Assembly (NCBI RefSeq): GCF_001194135.2
Contig: NC_068983.1
Span: 143,554,325 to 143,618,324 of the forward strand
DNA: 64,000 nucleotides
DNA from: Octopus bimaculoides
Taxonomy: Eukaryota
Direction of reading: 5' to 3'
Program-made: the position numbers and the translations under genes
Part shown: one piece after another, positions 40,587-53,616 of the stretch
Position numbering within the stretch: the stretch's first letter is position 1
Layout of the letters: every line of letters begins with the position of its first letter
The notes under the pieces: model-generated
The model's database searches: none
What the model saw: only the letters and a program-made list of their open reading frames with translations
What the model was told of the DNA's origin: nothing

Positions 40587-40803
40587 CCCTTTAGCATTCA
40601 GATTTTTCTATCAAATATAATACTTATTCGCTTTGTTTTGAATAAATTAAACATTATCTTGTAGCTTTGAGATTTTGTTGATGTGAACGTTTATTTTTTA
40701 GAGTGACATAGTAGAGTAGGTGTGAGCGGCCAGATCTGGCTAGTTTGAACATAAAACAAGTAGAATAGTTTGGATGGATATGGCCGGTTTGAATGCTAAA
40801 GGG
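40587..40803. mobile_element. piggyBac-type MITE, copy 1
   Basis: TTAA|CCCTTTAGCATTCA ... TGAATGCTAAAGGG|TTAA: 14-bp TIR with TTAA target duplication. Confidence 0.85.
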
Positions 40804-41265
40804 TTAAGTTGCAGAATGAAACAAATTACCAGGGAATTTTGGTGGATGATTTTAATTTAAGTCACTTTAAACAGGAAGTTTCTATCATTAGAACCAGGGA
40901 AGGCTGGAGGAATGTCTCTGGCAGGTTGGTATCAAAAAGGTTAAAATCTTCCTGTCCCTCATGCCACTTCTCTGTTCGCATCTATGACTCTCTTATCTGT
41001 TAGCATTATCCTCCTATGTTGCTTTCACTGGCATCCATCACACACACACACACTCTTTCTTTCTTTCTCTCTCTCTCCTTTCCCTCTCCTAGCAGGTATT
41101 CATCAGTTTTTTTGGGTTTTTTTCCTTAAGTTCTTACCAGAGCTAACATTACTCTTCTGTATTGCTTGCCTCCACTCCGTCTCCTTCAGGTCTCTCACTA
41201 TTGGCATCTATCACACTTACCATAAACCGTTTTATAACTGGCCATCAATTCCTCTCTCTCTCTCT

Positions 41266-41327
<62 letters not shown>

Positions 41328-42189
41328 NNNNNNNNNNNNNNNNNNNNNNNNNNNNNNNNNNNNNNNNNNNNNNNNNNNNNNNNNNNNNNNNNNNNNNNNN
41401 NNNNNNNNNNNNNNNNNNNNNNNNNNNNNNNNNNNNNNNNNNNNNNNNNNNNNNNNNNNNNNNNNNNNNNNNNNNNNNNNNNNNNNNNNNNNNNNNNNNN
41501 NNNNNNNNNNNNNNNNNNNNNNNNNNNNNNNNNNNNNNNNNNNNNNNNNNNNNNNNNNNNNNNNNNNNNNNNNNNNNNNNNNNNNNNNNNNNNNNNNNNN
41601 NNNNNNNNNNNNNNNNNNNNNNNNNNNNNNNNNNNNNNNNNNNNNNNNNNNNNNNNNNNNNNNNNNNNNNNNNNNNNNNNNNTATTGTTTATATAATAAA
41701 TTACGCTGTGCGTATCTATGTGTGTAACAATTTTAGAGTTCGGATTCTAGAGTTAGGGTTAGTTTTAGGGTTAGGGTTGAAATGTCAGAACTAACGGGGA
41801 TTAATACGATATACACCGTTACAGCGCTAACTGTTTTCAACTAAATAGACGTCAGTGATTAGTAGAAATTATCGAAATAAGACAATTTTTTACATGAAAT
41901 AAATTCGAATACAAAAATTTTTTTCTGTTCTATAACACAAAATAGATAAGTATACGAAGTTTGAAAGTCTTTCGGTACCAAAAACACTACATAAAACATA
42001 AATGAAAACTGGTGCCCCCGTTTTGAACAAGATCCAACTCTTCTTCTTTAATCACCCTCTCTTCTACTCCTAAGTGGTTGATAAACAAGTAGAGATATTA
42101 TTAGATCAAGAGGACCTTTAGTCTTGCCTTGTTGAAGTCATGACAACCTCTCTCGTGATGATGCCATGAAAACAGTATACCTCAGACAC

Positions 42190-42502
42190 TGTAAAGTGGC
42201 TGAGAGCATTGGTCTCACAATTATGAGGTAGTGAGTTCGATTTCCAGAGCGGGCTGTGTGTTGTGTTCGTGAGTAAGACACTTTATTTCATGTTGTTCTA
42301 GTTCACTCAGTTGTAGAAAGGAATTGCAACATCACTGGTACCAAGCTCTTGGATAACATAAGTGGTGTGCAGAGGGGAGGCTGGTATGCATGGGTGACTG
42401 CTGATCTTTCATAAACAACCTTGCCTGGACTTGTACCTTGAAAGGGAACTTTTTAGGTGCAATCTCATGGTCATTCATGACTGAAGGGGGACTTTACCCT
42501 TT
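42190..42502 (+). mobile_element. Further decayed tRNA-derived SINE
   Basis: GTGGCTGAGAG head remnant and GAGTTCGATTTCC B box. Confidence 0.5.
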
Positions 42503-43598
42503 TACAGGAAGAGTATCCAATTTTAGAAATTATGCCAAACTTAAAGACATTTGATTGAGATGTAGTCCCTTGATCCATTTAGGAGGACAGTAATTCCAAA
42601 TATGAGATAATTTTTGTCCATGATAACCTGTCAAATTCATGCTAGCAAGGAAAACAAGCATGAAATGATGATATTCATATACATATACCTCGGTGGTGCT
42701 CCAGCAACACTTCAGCCACATACCTGAAACAAGTAAAAGAGTATTTAAATATATTGTTACTCAAAATCAATTTGTTGAAATATAACAAATACCATTTACT
42801 CATAAAATTTATTGATAATGTTGATTCAATTGAGACCTCGAGTTTTACTCTTAACAGCTTATTCAACCAGTCTGGTTGAATTATTTGGGGAGAATGAGCC
42901 AGAAGTCCTGGTCAAATTAATGTGTGTGTGTGTGATGTGGTTGGCAAAAGCAAGTAGAGATATTGTAGGATCAAGAGGAACCTTAATTTTGCTTAGTTGA
43001 GTACATGACAACTCCACTAGTGCTGGTAGCACAAAAAAAAAAAGCACCCAGTACACACTGCTAAATGGTTGACATTAGATGAGCATCCAACCTCAGAAAC
43101 CTTGCCAAAGCAGACACTGGTCTATGATGCAGTCCTTGGGCTGATCGTTTCCTGTCAAACCAGCCATTCCATGCTAGCATGGAATAGCCAAACAAATTGA
43201 CTCCAGTACTTGTTTATAAGTCTGGTACTTATTCTGTTGGACTCTTTTTGCCAAATCGCTAAGTTACAGTGATGTAAACAAACCAACACTGGTGGTCAGG
43301 CAGTGGTAGGGAGACAAATACACACACATATATGTACAACAGCTTTCCACCCAGTTTCCATCTACCAAATTCACTCATTGCTCAGTCTGGGCCTATTTAG
43401 AAGACACTGCCCACAGTGGGACTGATCCTAAAACCATGAGGTTCTTAATCACACAATTATGCCTGCTCCTGCTGATTATATATATNNNNNNNNNNNNNNN
43501 NNNNNNNNNNNNNNNNNNNNNNNNNNNNNNNNNNNNNNNNNNNNNNNNNNNNNNNNNNNNNNNNNNNNNNNNNNNNNNNNNNNNNNNNNNNNNNNNNN

Positions 43599-43636
<38 letters not shown>

Positions 43637-44320
43637 GAGAGAGAGAGAGAGAGAGACGCACACACATACACACACACATTTTATTTAAAATTTGGTGTAA
43701 CTGTCAATGCCAGTATGGCTGCCAATTTCACCATCTATCAGTTCATTCAGTAATGATATTAATTCAATTTTCATTTTGTTAATGTTGATATAATAAGGAT
43801 TAAAGATATTTATTTCAAATAATTCATAGATTATCCTTGATGTATCTATATTTATGCTTCTCTATACAAAAAAAATATATATATTTTAAAATTTAAGCAG
43901 ATAAAAGCATTCTTCTCTCATTTCTTATCTAATCTAATATGAATCCAATGAAGATTCATTAATATCTTTACACAATCAATTGATAGCTTGGAAAACTTCT
44001 TAAATACTTGGCCATATCTATGTCTCACACATGCAGACATTCTCATTTAATATATGCATACAGTCTCTCATGCACACACATACACTCTCACTTGTGCATA
44101 CATCAATTCTCTCTCACTTTCTCTGTGACAGACACATATACAATCTCTGTCACTGCATATGTAGTCTTTATTTTTCACACACATACATATTATTTACATA
44201 TATTTAAATTTTTTTCTTTCTTAGACACACACATGTATGCAGTATTTTGGAAAGATATTTGATCTACTTATCAATTTTTTTTTTTCTCATAAACAAAATT
44301 TTATCTCTGTCTCTCACACA

Positions 44321-44352
<32 letters not shown>

Positions 44353-44590
44353 TGCATACTCACAAATATGCACAACTGCACTTTCTTTCCTTCACAAACT
44401 TCCTGTCCCTAACCCCTTCATTTTTTACTCAGTTTTTCTCAGATTCTTGTCTCTACCTCTACCTTTCTTTCTCAATTTCTCACATATACATAAGTGAAAT
44501 ATTTGACGTTTTTTTTAAGTATCTTTTCTCATCTATCAGTAAAGTGCATCTGTGTGATAGCTCTAAGCAAGCCTTCATATTTTACATATA

Positions 44591-44966
44591 TTGTTGTTGT
44601 TGTTGTTGGCACTCCATCGCTTACGACGACGAAGGTTCCAGTTGATCCGATCAACGGAACAGCCTGATCATGAAATTAATGTGCAAGTGGCTGAGCACTC
44701 CACAGACACGTGTACCCTTAATATAGTTCTTGGAGAGATTCAGCGTGACACAGTGTGACAAGGCTGACCCTTTGAATTACAGGCACAACAGAAACAGGAA
44801 GTAAGAGTGAGAGAAAGTTGTGGTGAAAGAGTACAGCAGGGTTCGCCACCATCCCCTGCTGGAGCCTCGTGGAGCTTTAGGTGTTTTCGCTCAATAAACA
44901 CTCACAACGCTCGGTCTGGGAATCAAAACCGCGAGTCCACTGCCCTAACCACTGGGCCATTGCACC
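44591..44966 (-). mobile_element. tRNA-derived SINE family D with (CAA)n tail
   Basis: Minus-strand GGTGCAATGGCCCAGTGGTTAGGGCAG head (A box TGGCCCAGTGG). The related head and CACAACTTTCTCTCACTCTT core recur at 37205-37468 (+). Confidence 0.8.
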
Positions 44967-45727
44967 TCCACATTTCACATATACTGATATGCAAAAGTGT
45001 GTTCAAAGTTGCTGGTTGAGTGGTGGTAGTGTTGGTTAATTGCTTTACTTGTTTCCATTTTGTTACTACCAGCTAGTCATATGCCAGCAAGTTTGATTCT
45101 ACATAGTTGCTTGACCTGTTAGAAGTAGAAACCAAACACCCTTCAAATTACACCATGCTAGATATATTGGGTAACGTGGCATTGGATATATCATACCTAG
45201 AAGAAAAAAATGGAAAGTTCACAATCAGAATGTTTTTTATCATAAATCAGTTTGGTGAGGGATGACCTATGGTTAAATTACAACTAGCCAACCAAATAAG
45301 ATCCAAGGTGTCTGGAAACATTCAGAAATGACACACTAATAAATCAATGCCACCTTCTTTACTATTTTAGAGATATTTGTTACTGTCAATCATTATTCAT
45401 TGTTGGAGACACATACATGTGGCCACTGAGATCAAAGCCCTGTGTATGCAAGTGGGCATAGGAGCACTAAAGTGGATACTATTTTGTGTTGCATTTTGCT
45501 GGCAACCACAAAGAGATGGGCACTGGTCATCTTTAATGTACTTGTTGTTATCCAGTTCAAATCCTGCTGAAGTTAACTTTGCTTTTCATTCTTTTGAGAG
45601 TCAAAATAAACTAAGTCAAGAACAAGGGTAAAACCTTGTACTTGACTATTACTTATATCAATTAATTACCCCCCCCCCCCAACAATTGCTGACCTTATGC
45701 CTAAATTTAAAAACATTATTGATAAGG

Positions 45728-45992
45728 CTGCAAACTGGCAGAAGTTTTATCGTGCCAGATAAAATGTTTTGCGGTATTTCTTCTGACTTTACATTATGAG
45801 TTCAAATGCCGCTGAGGTCAGCTTTGCCTTTCATCCTTTCAGGGTCAATAGAATAAGTACCAGTTGAACACTGGAGTCGATGTAATTGACTAGTCCCTTC
45901 TCCCCACCCAAATTTCAGGCCTTGTGCCTATAGTAGAAGGACCTATTATTATTATTATTATCATCATCATCATCATCATCATTATTATTATT
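45728..45992 (+). mobile_element. SINE family A with (ATT)n/(ATC)n tail
   Basis: Same head, B box and core as the other copies. Confidence 0.85.
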
Positions 45993-46616
45993 AAATACTT
46001 GGTAGATTGAGGCAAATTTCTACTCCATCCCCTGCTACACCTCCATGTTGCTGGGGTGTGTGCAGCATTGTGTGTTCTTTCCTGTTGTTGGGAGTGTGCA
46101 AACTATTTCTGGTACTGTAGTGTGCTAGTTTTTTTTTTCCTTGAGGTATGGTGCTATCTTTTGTTGTGTTCTTGTATTGTGTGTTGAGTGTGTAATGCTT
46201 TGGTTTTCATGACTTAATGGTGGGAGTTTATTTCACTGGGTAAATGCAATATAGAGTGTGTCTTCTATTTGTAGGCTGTTTTGTTTAGGTTGCATTATTG
46301 GATTGATAGTGTCTTGCATAAGATATGGGCTGTTCTTAGCAGGGCTATTTTTTTGGATAGTGTGTAGTGTTGAGCATCCAGGTATAACTTCTACATTTTT
46401 GTTCATATGATTTTTTATCACATTCAATACTCCAATTATTATTAGTATTGTTTTTACCTTTGTGCCCCACATTTTGAACACTTTGATTTTGAGGTCTTTG
46501 TACTTCAACAATTTCTCCACTTCTTTTTTGACAATATTTTCATCAGAAAGGACTGCAATGTCTATCAGTAAGCAGGTGTTTTTTTCCCCAATCCTTGACT
46601 AATATGTTTGGGTGAT

Positions 46617-46647
<31 letters not shown>

Positions 46648-46740
46648 GTTGGTTTGATCCGGCATATCCCAAATGATTGTGGTCTGGTCATTGTCTTGTA
46701 CCTTGCTTAGCACATGCTTATACCACCTGCTGTTAGTTTT
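45993..46740 (-). mobile_element. R4/Dong-like LINE 3' fragment (RLE domain plus 3' UTR)
   Basis: IIWDMP...KANHPNILV...LIDIAVLSDENIVKKEVEKLLKYKDL...IIIG...IQK. Flanked by (ATT)n on both sides. Confidence 0.85.
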
Positions 46741-48155
46741 ATTATTATTATTAAATCTGGCAGCACTAGTTGGACATCTGACAAAATAATTTGTGTTATT
46801 TAGTTGCATCTCTTTATATTGGGAGTTTAAAATCTTTCCGAAGTTAATTTTTACTTTTCATCCTTCTGTGGTTGATAAAATACCAGTCATGTACTGGGAC
46901 TGATTTCATTAACTGCTCTATCCACTCAAATAAGCTATGGTTATGAGCTTCATTTAAGAATTGCTATTATTAAGGCAAGGCAAGCCTCTGCACATAGGCT
47001 CCATCATCATCATCATTGTTTAACATCTGTCTTTTATGGTGGCATGGGTTGGATGGTTTGACAGGAGCTAGCAAGCCAGAGAGCTGCACCAAGCTTCACT
47101 GTCTGTTTTGGCATGGTTTTTACAGCTGGATGCTCTTTCTAACACCAATCACTTTACAGAGTGGACTGGAGGAAATATAGATAACTGGTGCTGCACCCAC
47201 TATCTCAAGATACCACTCACTTTCTGCATTTATCTAGCTCTTGTTATACATCACACTGTCAACTCTATCATCTCTTGTGCTGGTGTTATGGTGCATGAAG
47301 TGCATTCAGTTAAGAGCGAGATCAAAAGGTTTTCTTAATCTTGTCAAAAACATGATACCTTATGAAGCACTAGTGCCTCAAAAAAATTTACCCAGTACAC
47401 TCTGCAAAGTGGTTAGTTTTGGGAAGAACATCTAACTTCAGAAACCAAGCCAAAATTGTAACTTGTGAGCAAAATGTAATTTTCTGATCCATCTAGAAGA
47501 GCAGCAATGATTTGTCCAACCCATACCACTACAGCATGAGGACATAAAACGATTATTATTATGATGAAGACTAAAAATATATTAGTTTAGATTCAAAAAC
47601 TAGAACAGTAATGACCATACATGGAGCATTACAGTCCAACAGTAATGATTTTGTATTACCATAAAATAGGAAATAGTTGTAAAAACTGCATACAGATCAA
47701 AGAAAATAGCACAGATTGGTACATAGTTAATAGTGTGCAATTGATTTTCATTCAACCATGGTAGTGGTTGAATATATTCTTAAGTCCACCAGTTCGTCAA
47801 TCGCAGCAGTTTCCAAGTTTCACCACTAATTCAGTTCTCAACTAAATTGCAAACTGTTAACAGTTTTAAAGAGGACACCTCCTCAGCTACACTTTGGCAT
47901 AAATAGTTTGAGATTTGGTTCAGTAGAAAAAAAGTTACATCAAAATATGCGACCTCAAGGGAGTAGTAAGGCACCTATTCACCTTCAATTAGCATAAACT
48001 TTTTAATTTTAAAATAAAAGTATACTTTTCTTAGGCTTAAATGATAGTTATGGGGTGAAATGCCACGAAATTTCATGTCAGTAAGAGAGTAAGGAAGTAA
48101 CACTTAGCAATAAGAATAATAAAGAATATATTGCTAAAATGAATGTTTACATTCT

Positions 48156-48390
48156 AAGGTGGCGAGCTGGCAGAAACGTTAGCACGCCAGGCGAAATGCT
48201 TAACGGTATTTCATCTGCCACTGCGTTCTGAGTTCAAATTCCGCCGAGGTCGACTTTGCCCTTCATCCTTTCGGGGTCGATAAATTAAGTACCAGTTACG
48301 CACTGGGGTCGATATAATCGACTTAATCCGTTTATCTGTCCTTGTTTGTCCCCTCTGTGTGTAGCCCCTTGTGGGCAGTAAAGAAATAGG
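48156..48390 (+). mobile_element. tRNA-derived SINE family A, full-length copy
   Basis: GGCGAGCTGGCAGAA head, B box GAGTTCAAATTCC, and core CCGAGGTCGACTTTGCC.TTCATCCTTTCGGGGTCGATAAATTAAGTACCAG shared with more than 10 copies in the window. Confidence 0.9.
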
Positions 48391-48895
48391 TATTTCGCCT
48401 GTGTCTACATTTTGAGTTCAAATTCTGCCGAGGTCGACTTTACTTTTTATCCATTTCGGATCTATTCAATTTGTCGTACAGATTATTTAATTTTTTTTAA
48501 CACTTTGAAATTTCTGATACTGGTATAATGTGCCACATCCAACAGGGTTTTCTCTTAACGTTTTTGACAAAATTTTGTATTTTAGAAGTTATTTCGTCAC
48601 AAGTTACAGAGTGACAATGGACAAATTCGTGTTTGATAAGTGCCATTACATGAAACTCTCAGCTTTTGACTTACTCTCTAACTTCTGTTGATGATATATA
48701 TGCATGTTATACATATGTGTAAAAAAATCTCATCACACAATCAAACCAATGAAAGAGCCTCTACCTGGTTGCTCGACATGATAAAAATAGCAGCCAATGT
48801 ATCCCCCTACCCAGTATTTTATAAGGTAAAATCCTAAATTATTAATTGACACATTATTAATTATCTTATAACACCAATGCCTGGAAAAATCATGG

Positions 48896-49419
48896 ATTAC
48901 ATGGAAAAATGCGAGCATGAAAAGTAATATTCTTAAGATTATAAACCTGGAAAAGTACAGGACGAGTTATTACACCTGTAAAAGTATAGGACAAATTATT
49001 ACTTCAAGTAAAGTAAAGTAAAGAATAAGAAACTTTTTACTTAAAATATTGCAGCTAAAATTAAAATTTGAGTATTAAAAAATACTTTATTATAGTTTAC
49101 AAATAACATTATACTTATTTAAGTAGAATTTGTCTAATTTACTACCTTAAATACAGAAAAAAGTGACTAATTAGACAAACTTACAAATTAGCTGAACAGT
49201 TTTGTACAATAAATTTAAAAGATGAGAACTGCAAAGGGATAAATTAGAAGAACTGGCATTCTTTGCTGCAATATTTTAAGTAAAAAGTTTCTTATTCTTT
49301 ACTTTACTTGAAGTATTAGTTTGTCCTATACTTTTCCAGGTGTAATAACTTGTCCTGTACTTTTCTAGGTTTATAATCTTAAGAATATTACTTTTCATGC
49401 TCCCATTTTTCCATGTAAT
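48896..49419. repeat. Long inverted repeat (~160-bp arms, ~209-nt spacer), foldback/MITE-like
   Basis: 48896-49055 is the reverse complement of 49265-49419 with few mismatches and a 5-nt indel in a GTAAA run. Confidence 0.9.
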
Positions 49420-49656
49420 AAAAGAGATTAGTAAATCAGAAATATTTAAGACTGAAGACACAAAGAATAGTCAAAATCTTGAAATTACAGGGTGGATTTG
49501 ACAAGACACTGATGAAAGGATAGATATGGGAATGATGGATATATGTGTGGATGTGAATATCCATACATATGCATGTATACCTGTACATATATATACCTTA
49601 AGATACATTTATCCACATGTTTAATTTTAAAACAACTTTTTTTTGTTTTCTTTCAG

Positions 49657-49938
49657 ATAACACAAAGAAAGAAAATACAAAGAAAGAAAATACAAAGAAA
49701 GAGAACACGAAGAAAGAGAATGGAAAGAAAGATCATGTGAAGAAAGATAATATAAAAAAAGATAATATAAAGAAAGACAATATGAAGAAAGACAACAACA
49801 AAAAAGAGAGCAAAAGGTCTCAAAAGAAAAAATCTGGTGTCTGCTCAGTGCTTGGCAAATTCTTGCTTGTTATTGTGCTCTGTTCCTCAGCATTTGTCAC
49901 GTTATACCTTATGAATGATAATGTCCGTGATATTGTTG
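49657..49938 (+). CDS. ASPH: Coding exon: ten KK(E/D)xx pentapeptide repeats followed by a transmembrane helix (KFLLVIVLCSSAFVTLYLM)
   Basis: Polypyrimidine tract plus TTTCAG acceptor ending at 49656; open frame within ORF 49617..49946; donor G|GTAAGT at 49939; phase 1 at both ends. Confidence 0.85.
49665..49814 (+). repeat. Coding 15-nt repeat x10 (KKENT/KKDNI type)
   Basis: Direct translation: KKENT KKENT KKENT KKENG KKDHV KKDNI KKDNI KKDNM KKDNN KKESK. Confidence 0.9.
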
Positions 49939-52900
49939 GTAAGTAATTAAAACTTATTTTTGGTGCTCTTGTTTGAATTGATAATGTATTGTGTTGGTAA
50001 AATTGTTGTTTTTGTTGATGTTGTATAACCTTTGCATCAGCCTCTTTATTGTTACTGCTACTGCCATTGTATAGATATAGTGACCCCAGTTAGTCTTGCT
50101 TGAGCTGAGCTATAATTATTGTTGTTGAGGATTAGTGACTCTAGTCAGTCATGTTTGAAGAAATCTATAGTTTAAGGGTAGCCAACTGAACAATGAGGGA
50201 GCATCTTGCAAGTTTGTACTCTGAATATGCTGAAACTGTTTCAGAAGAAAGATACCTTTAAATTATGATTACATTTATCTACTAGAGAGAAAAGTATAAT
50301 TTAAACAACATAACCCAGTAAGATAAGGTGTGGTTATATACAGATAACTGAATGTTATGTATTGTGTGATAAAATCTATAATTACTCCGAGTCACTTTCT
50401 GTCAGAACTACACCATATTCTGTATACAACAGAATTTCTTTATAAAGTATATATTCCTAAACAAGACAGCATGTCTTTTTAAGTTAACCAGTTCTTATAA
50501 ATGTTCAATCAGACTTAAAATTATGAGTATATTTCCTGATTTCATGCGCTTATTAACTTGGGGTTTAAACTCCTAAAATATTCACAGTTTACATATTGTA
50601 TGTACATACAATCAATCAGGTATTATACGTGCTGTATTGTGTAATATATACTTAGTCTTTGTCATTTTCGTTCAAGCAGTGTTACATTCTGTTTATAATG
50701 ATCATCATCATCATCATCATCATCATCGTTTGATGTGTACACTTAAATGAGAGTGCAATGTAACATAGGTTTACTGGACAGGTCTAAATGATCTTGAATT
50801 TGCATTAGTCTTCCTAATCAAATAATCTTAACAACAAAACCAGTATGTCTGCATATACATAAAAGATTATGTTGTATACTGTGTGGTATAATTTATGATT
50901 AATATAGACTAGTTTGTGAGTAGCGACTGGATTGTTAAGGTACCACTAGAGAATCCGTGGCCAGGTAGGATATTTGGTGATCAAGCAGTCTAGCTAACAC
51001 CATTTCTTATCAAGTATACCTCAGAGAAGATTTGGTCTCAGCACCACCAAATAAAATACTTGTCAGGTGTAATGCTGAAGCATATATTGTGCTAATAGAA
51101 AGTTTTGCAGCTCTGTATTCCATTTCATCTATAATTTTGTCAGTCTGACTGTCATCAATGGACATGATGTAAGTGTTGCAGAGATTTGAGAGAGATTTAA
51201 TGGAAGAGGTTTCTTTAAAACAAATGTAGTAATGTTGAGTCTCATTATCAGACGTCTTTGAAGATTTCATTGTATAATATGTTTAGTCAAATGAGGCTGG
51301 CATGCAGGTTCTCCCAGTTAGTGATACTTATGTGTATAATGTTCAATTAAATGTCTGTAGAAAAACATGGCAGTGAGGGAGCTGCAGCTCTGAGGAGGAA
51401 GGATTATCAGAACAGATCTAGTGGCAAGATACAATGTAATGATAGAAGAAGAGTATGCCAGTTGGTCTTAACTAGAGGGATGTAATCATTGAAATAATAG
51501 AAGAAACAGTGTGAGTCACTGTTTGTGTATTGGTTAATGATATAAGCAGATTGGATACTAACTGGTACAGTCAGTTCAGTGTAGCAAAGAATACAGCCTG
51601 AGTGGTATGGTAGGAGTGTCAGGACCAAGAAGAGTGTGCTATGAATGTAAAAAAAAAAGCATTGATGACTGGAATAGTTTGGGGAGCAGTAAAAACAGCT
51701 AACATAAATTCAGAGAAAAATGTGGTAGAATGAGACATTAAGTGTTCAAGTAACTAGAAGTCTTTGTTTCTAATATCCAGGTAAAAGAGTTTGAATGGTG
51801 GCGACAGTAGATTCTCTGAGTGCAGACATCACCTTTTATATTGTGAGTGTTGCCTGAACAGTAGAGATGTAATAGATATGGGATGGGAATTTGTGTCAGT
51901 GAGAAATACAATTTGCTGTTTGGATGTTAGGAAGAAGTAGCATGTAGAAGTAGATCAAGGTTGGACACAGAAATGAGAATTAGCCTAAGGTTTGATTATA
52001 TCCTTTGTATTTGGAGGCTTTGCCTAATTTTGGGGTTAGTTGAAAGAGGAGAGGTGGAAACTAGGGCTCAGGAATTGTCATTTTCCAATCCATCTACCTC
52101 TGTAAGAACAGTTTAAAGTCAGTTGTAGATGGCCCTCTAGAAATACTGTGGTTGCTGGGGTACTTAAGAAGATAATACAAGATTATTCACCTAAGAAAGG
52201 GCAGCTTCCAAAGACATTACCTACCTGCTCTGACACCATTTCACTTTAACATACAGTGACATTACACAAGGAAAGGTGCAGCTGAAAAGGTATGTTGAAA
52301 GACTGAGGTAGTGACTCAAATGCTTGTAGCAAAGTGAACTTTACTTGCAGTGCTCAAAGGCCATTTCCTGTTGTTTTTCCTAGTCTCCCTTCTTCGAATA
52401 ATATAAGGACTGGGGTGTTTTATTGCGGTATGAATACTAGAAAAGCTATATTATAGGACTGAATCCCATTTTCTTGTGCTGATCATTTTCATAATGATAT
52501 AACAGTCAGAATTTTTTATTGATGACTCCCATACTTTAAGGGTTAAAATTTAATATGTGGTTTAGCTTCAGGTCAGCTCAGATCAAAAATACTCTAACCT
52601 TAACAATTCCATCTCATTGTATACCCAAAACTGCATTAGTCTCAGTTTTCATTTGGTTGGCTTTAGAAAGAGCATCCAGCTGTAGAAACCATGCCAAAGC
52701 TGACACTAGAGCTCTGCACAATCTGGTGGCTTGCTGGATTCTGTGAAACTGTCCAACCCATGCCAGCATAGAAAATAGATGTTAAGTGATGATGATGATA
52801 ATGAATGTCTGTCATTTGGTAGTGTATGATGTAAGGAAGATTTGCCTCTGTTTCTACCTGCTTAAGTGCCCTCATAACGACTTCTTTCAACATACATAAT

Positions 52901-53393
52901 AGTTGCAATGTTTTGGCTGTTGAGCAAATATGATCAAAGATGCCTTGTTTTGTATGTCTGTAACTACATTGCCCAATGTGTCCTTCCATTTTGTAAAATT
53001 GGAATGTGATTTGAGAAAGTTTTAGCTGCTATTTCTAACAGGTCAAACAACCATTATTGACTCAAAACCTAATGTTTTATCTATAAATATTCCAAACCAT
53101 TATATTATATATGCGTATTAGTTGAAACACAGTATATCGTTGATTGAAACCAGTCAGTTTTGATCAACATGCTATATGAAACTGGTCAAGTAATTATGTA
53201 AATTGACATTAGCTCTAATCAGATAGTGCTCTGATCAAAGACTTTTTCAATTCTGATATTCCAATCTTTACTTGAAGCATAACGTATCCAAAGCTAAATT
53301 ATTTGATGTATCCCTCCCTCATTGGCTTAAAATCCAATAAAGTAATATGTATGTAGTAGCTGAAACCTAGTATAATTTATATATGTATCTTAA

Positions 53394-53616
53394 CCCTTTA
53401 GCATTCAGATTACTCTGTCAAATGTAAATCTTTTTTATTCACATTGTTTTGAATTAATCATGCATTTATCTTGTGGCTTTGAGATTTCAGTGATGTAATT
53501 GTTTATTTTTAGAATGACACTATAGGATAGGTATGAGGGGCTGGATATTATGGCCAGTTTGAATATGAAATGTGTAGAATATAACAGCTGGATATGACCA
53601 GTTTAATGCTAAAGGG
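53394..53616. mobile_element. piggyBac-type MITE, copy 2
   Basis: TTAA|CCCTTTAGCATT ... AATGCTAAAGGG|TTAA, with internal sequence homologous to copy 1. Confidence 0.85.

Noticed and set aside
49439-49492. Short open frame after AG (EIFKTEDTKNSQNLEITG) as an extra exon
   Set aside because: No polypyrimidine tract, and the nearest GT donor gives an incompatible phase.
49503-49530. AAGACACTGATGAAAGG resembling the hammerhead 5' half
   Set aside because: No helix II partner or GAAAC box follows.
50840-52250. Possible decayed LINE (also 30300-32100, 38540-39140 and 58130-58600)
   Set aside because: The composition is suggestive, but I could not read diagnostic motifs with confidence.
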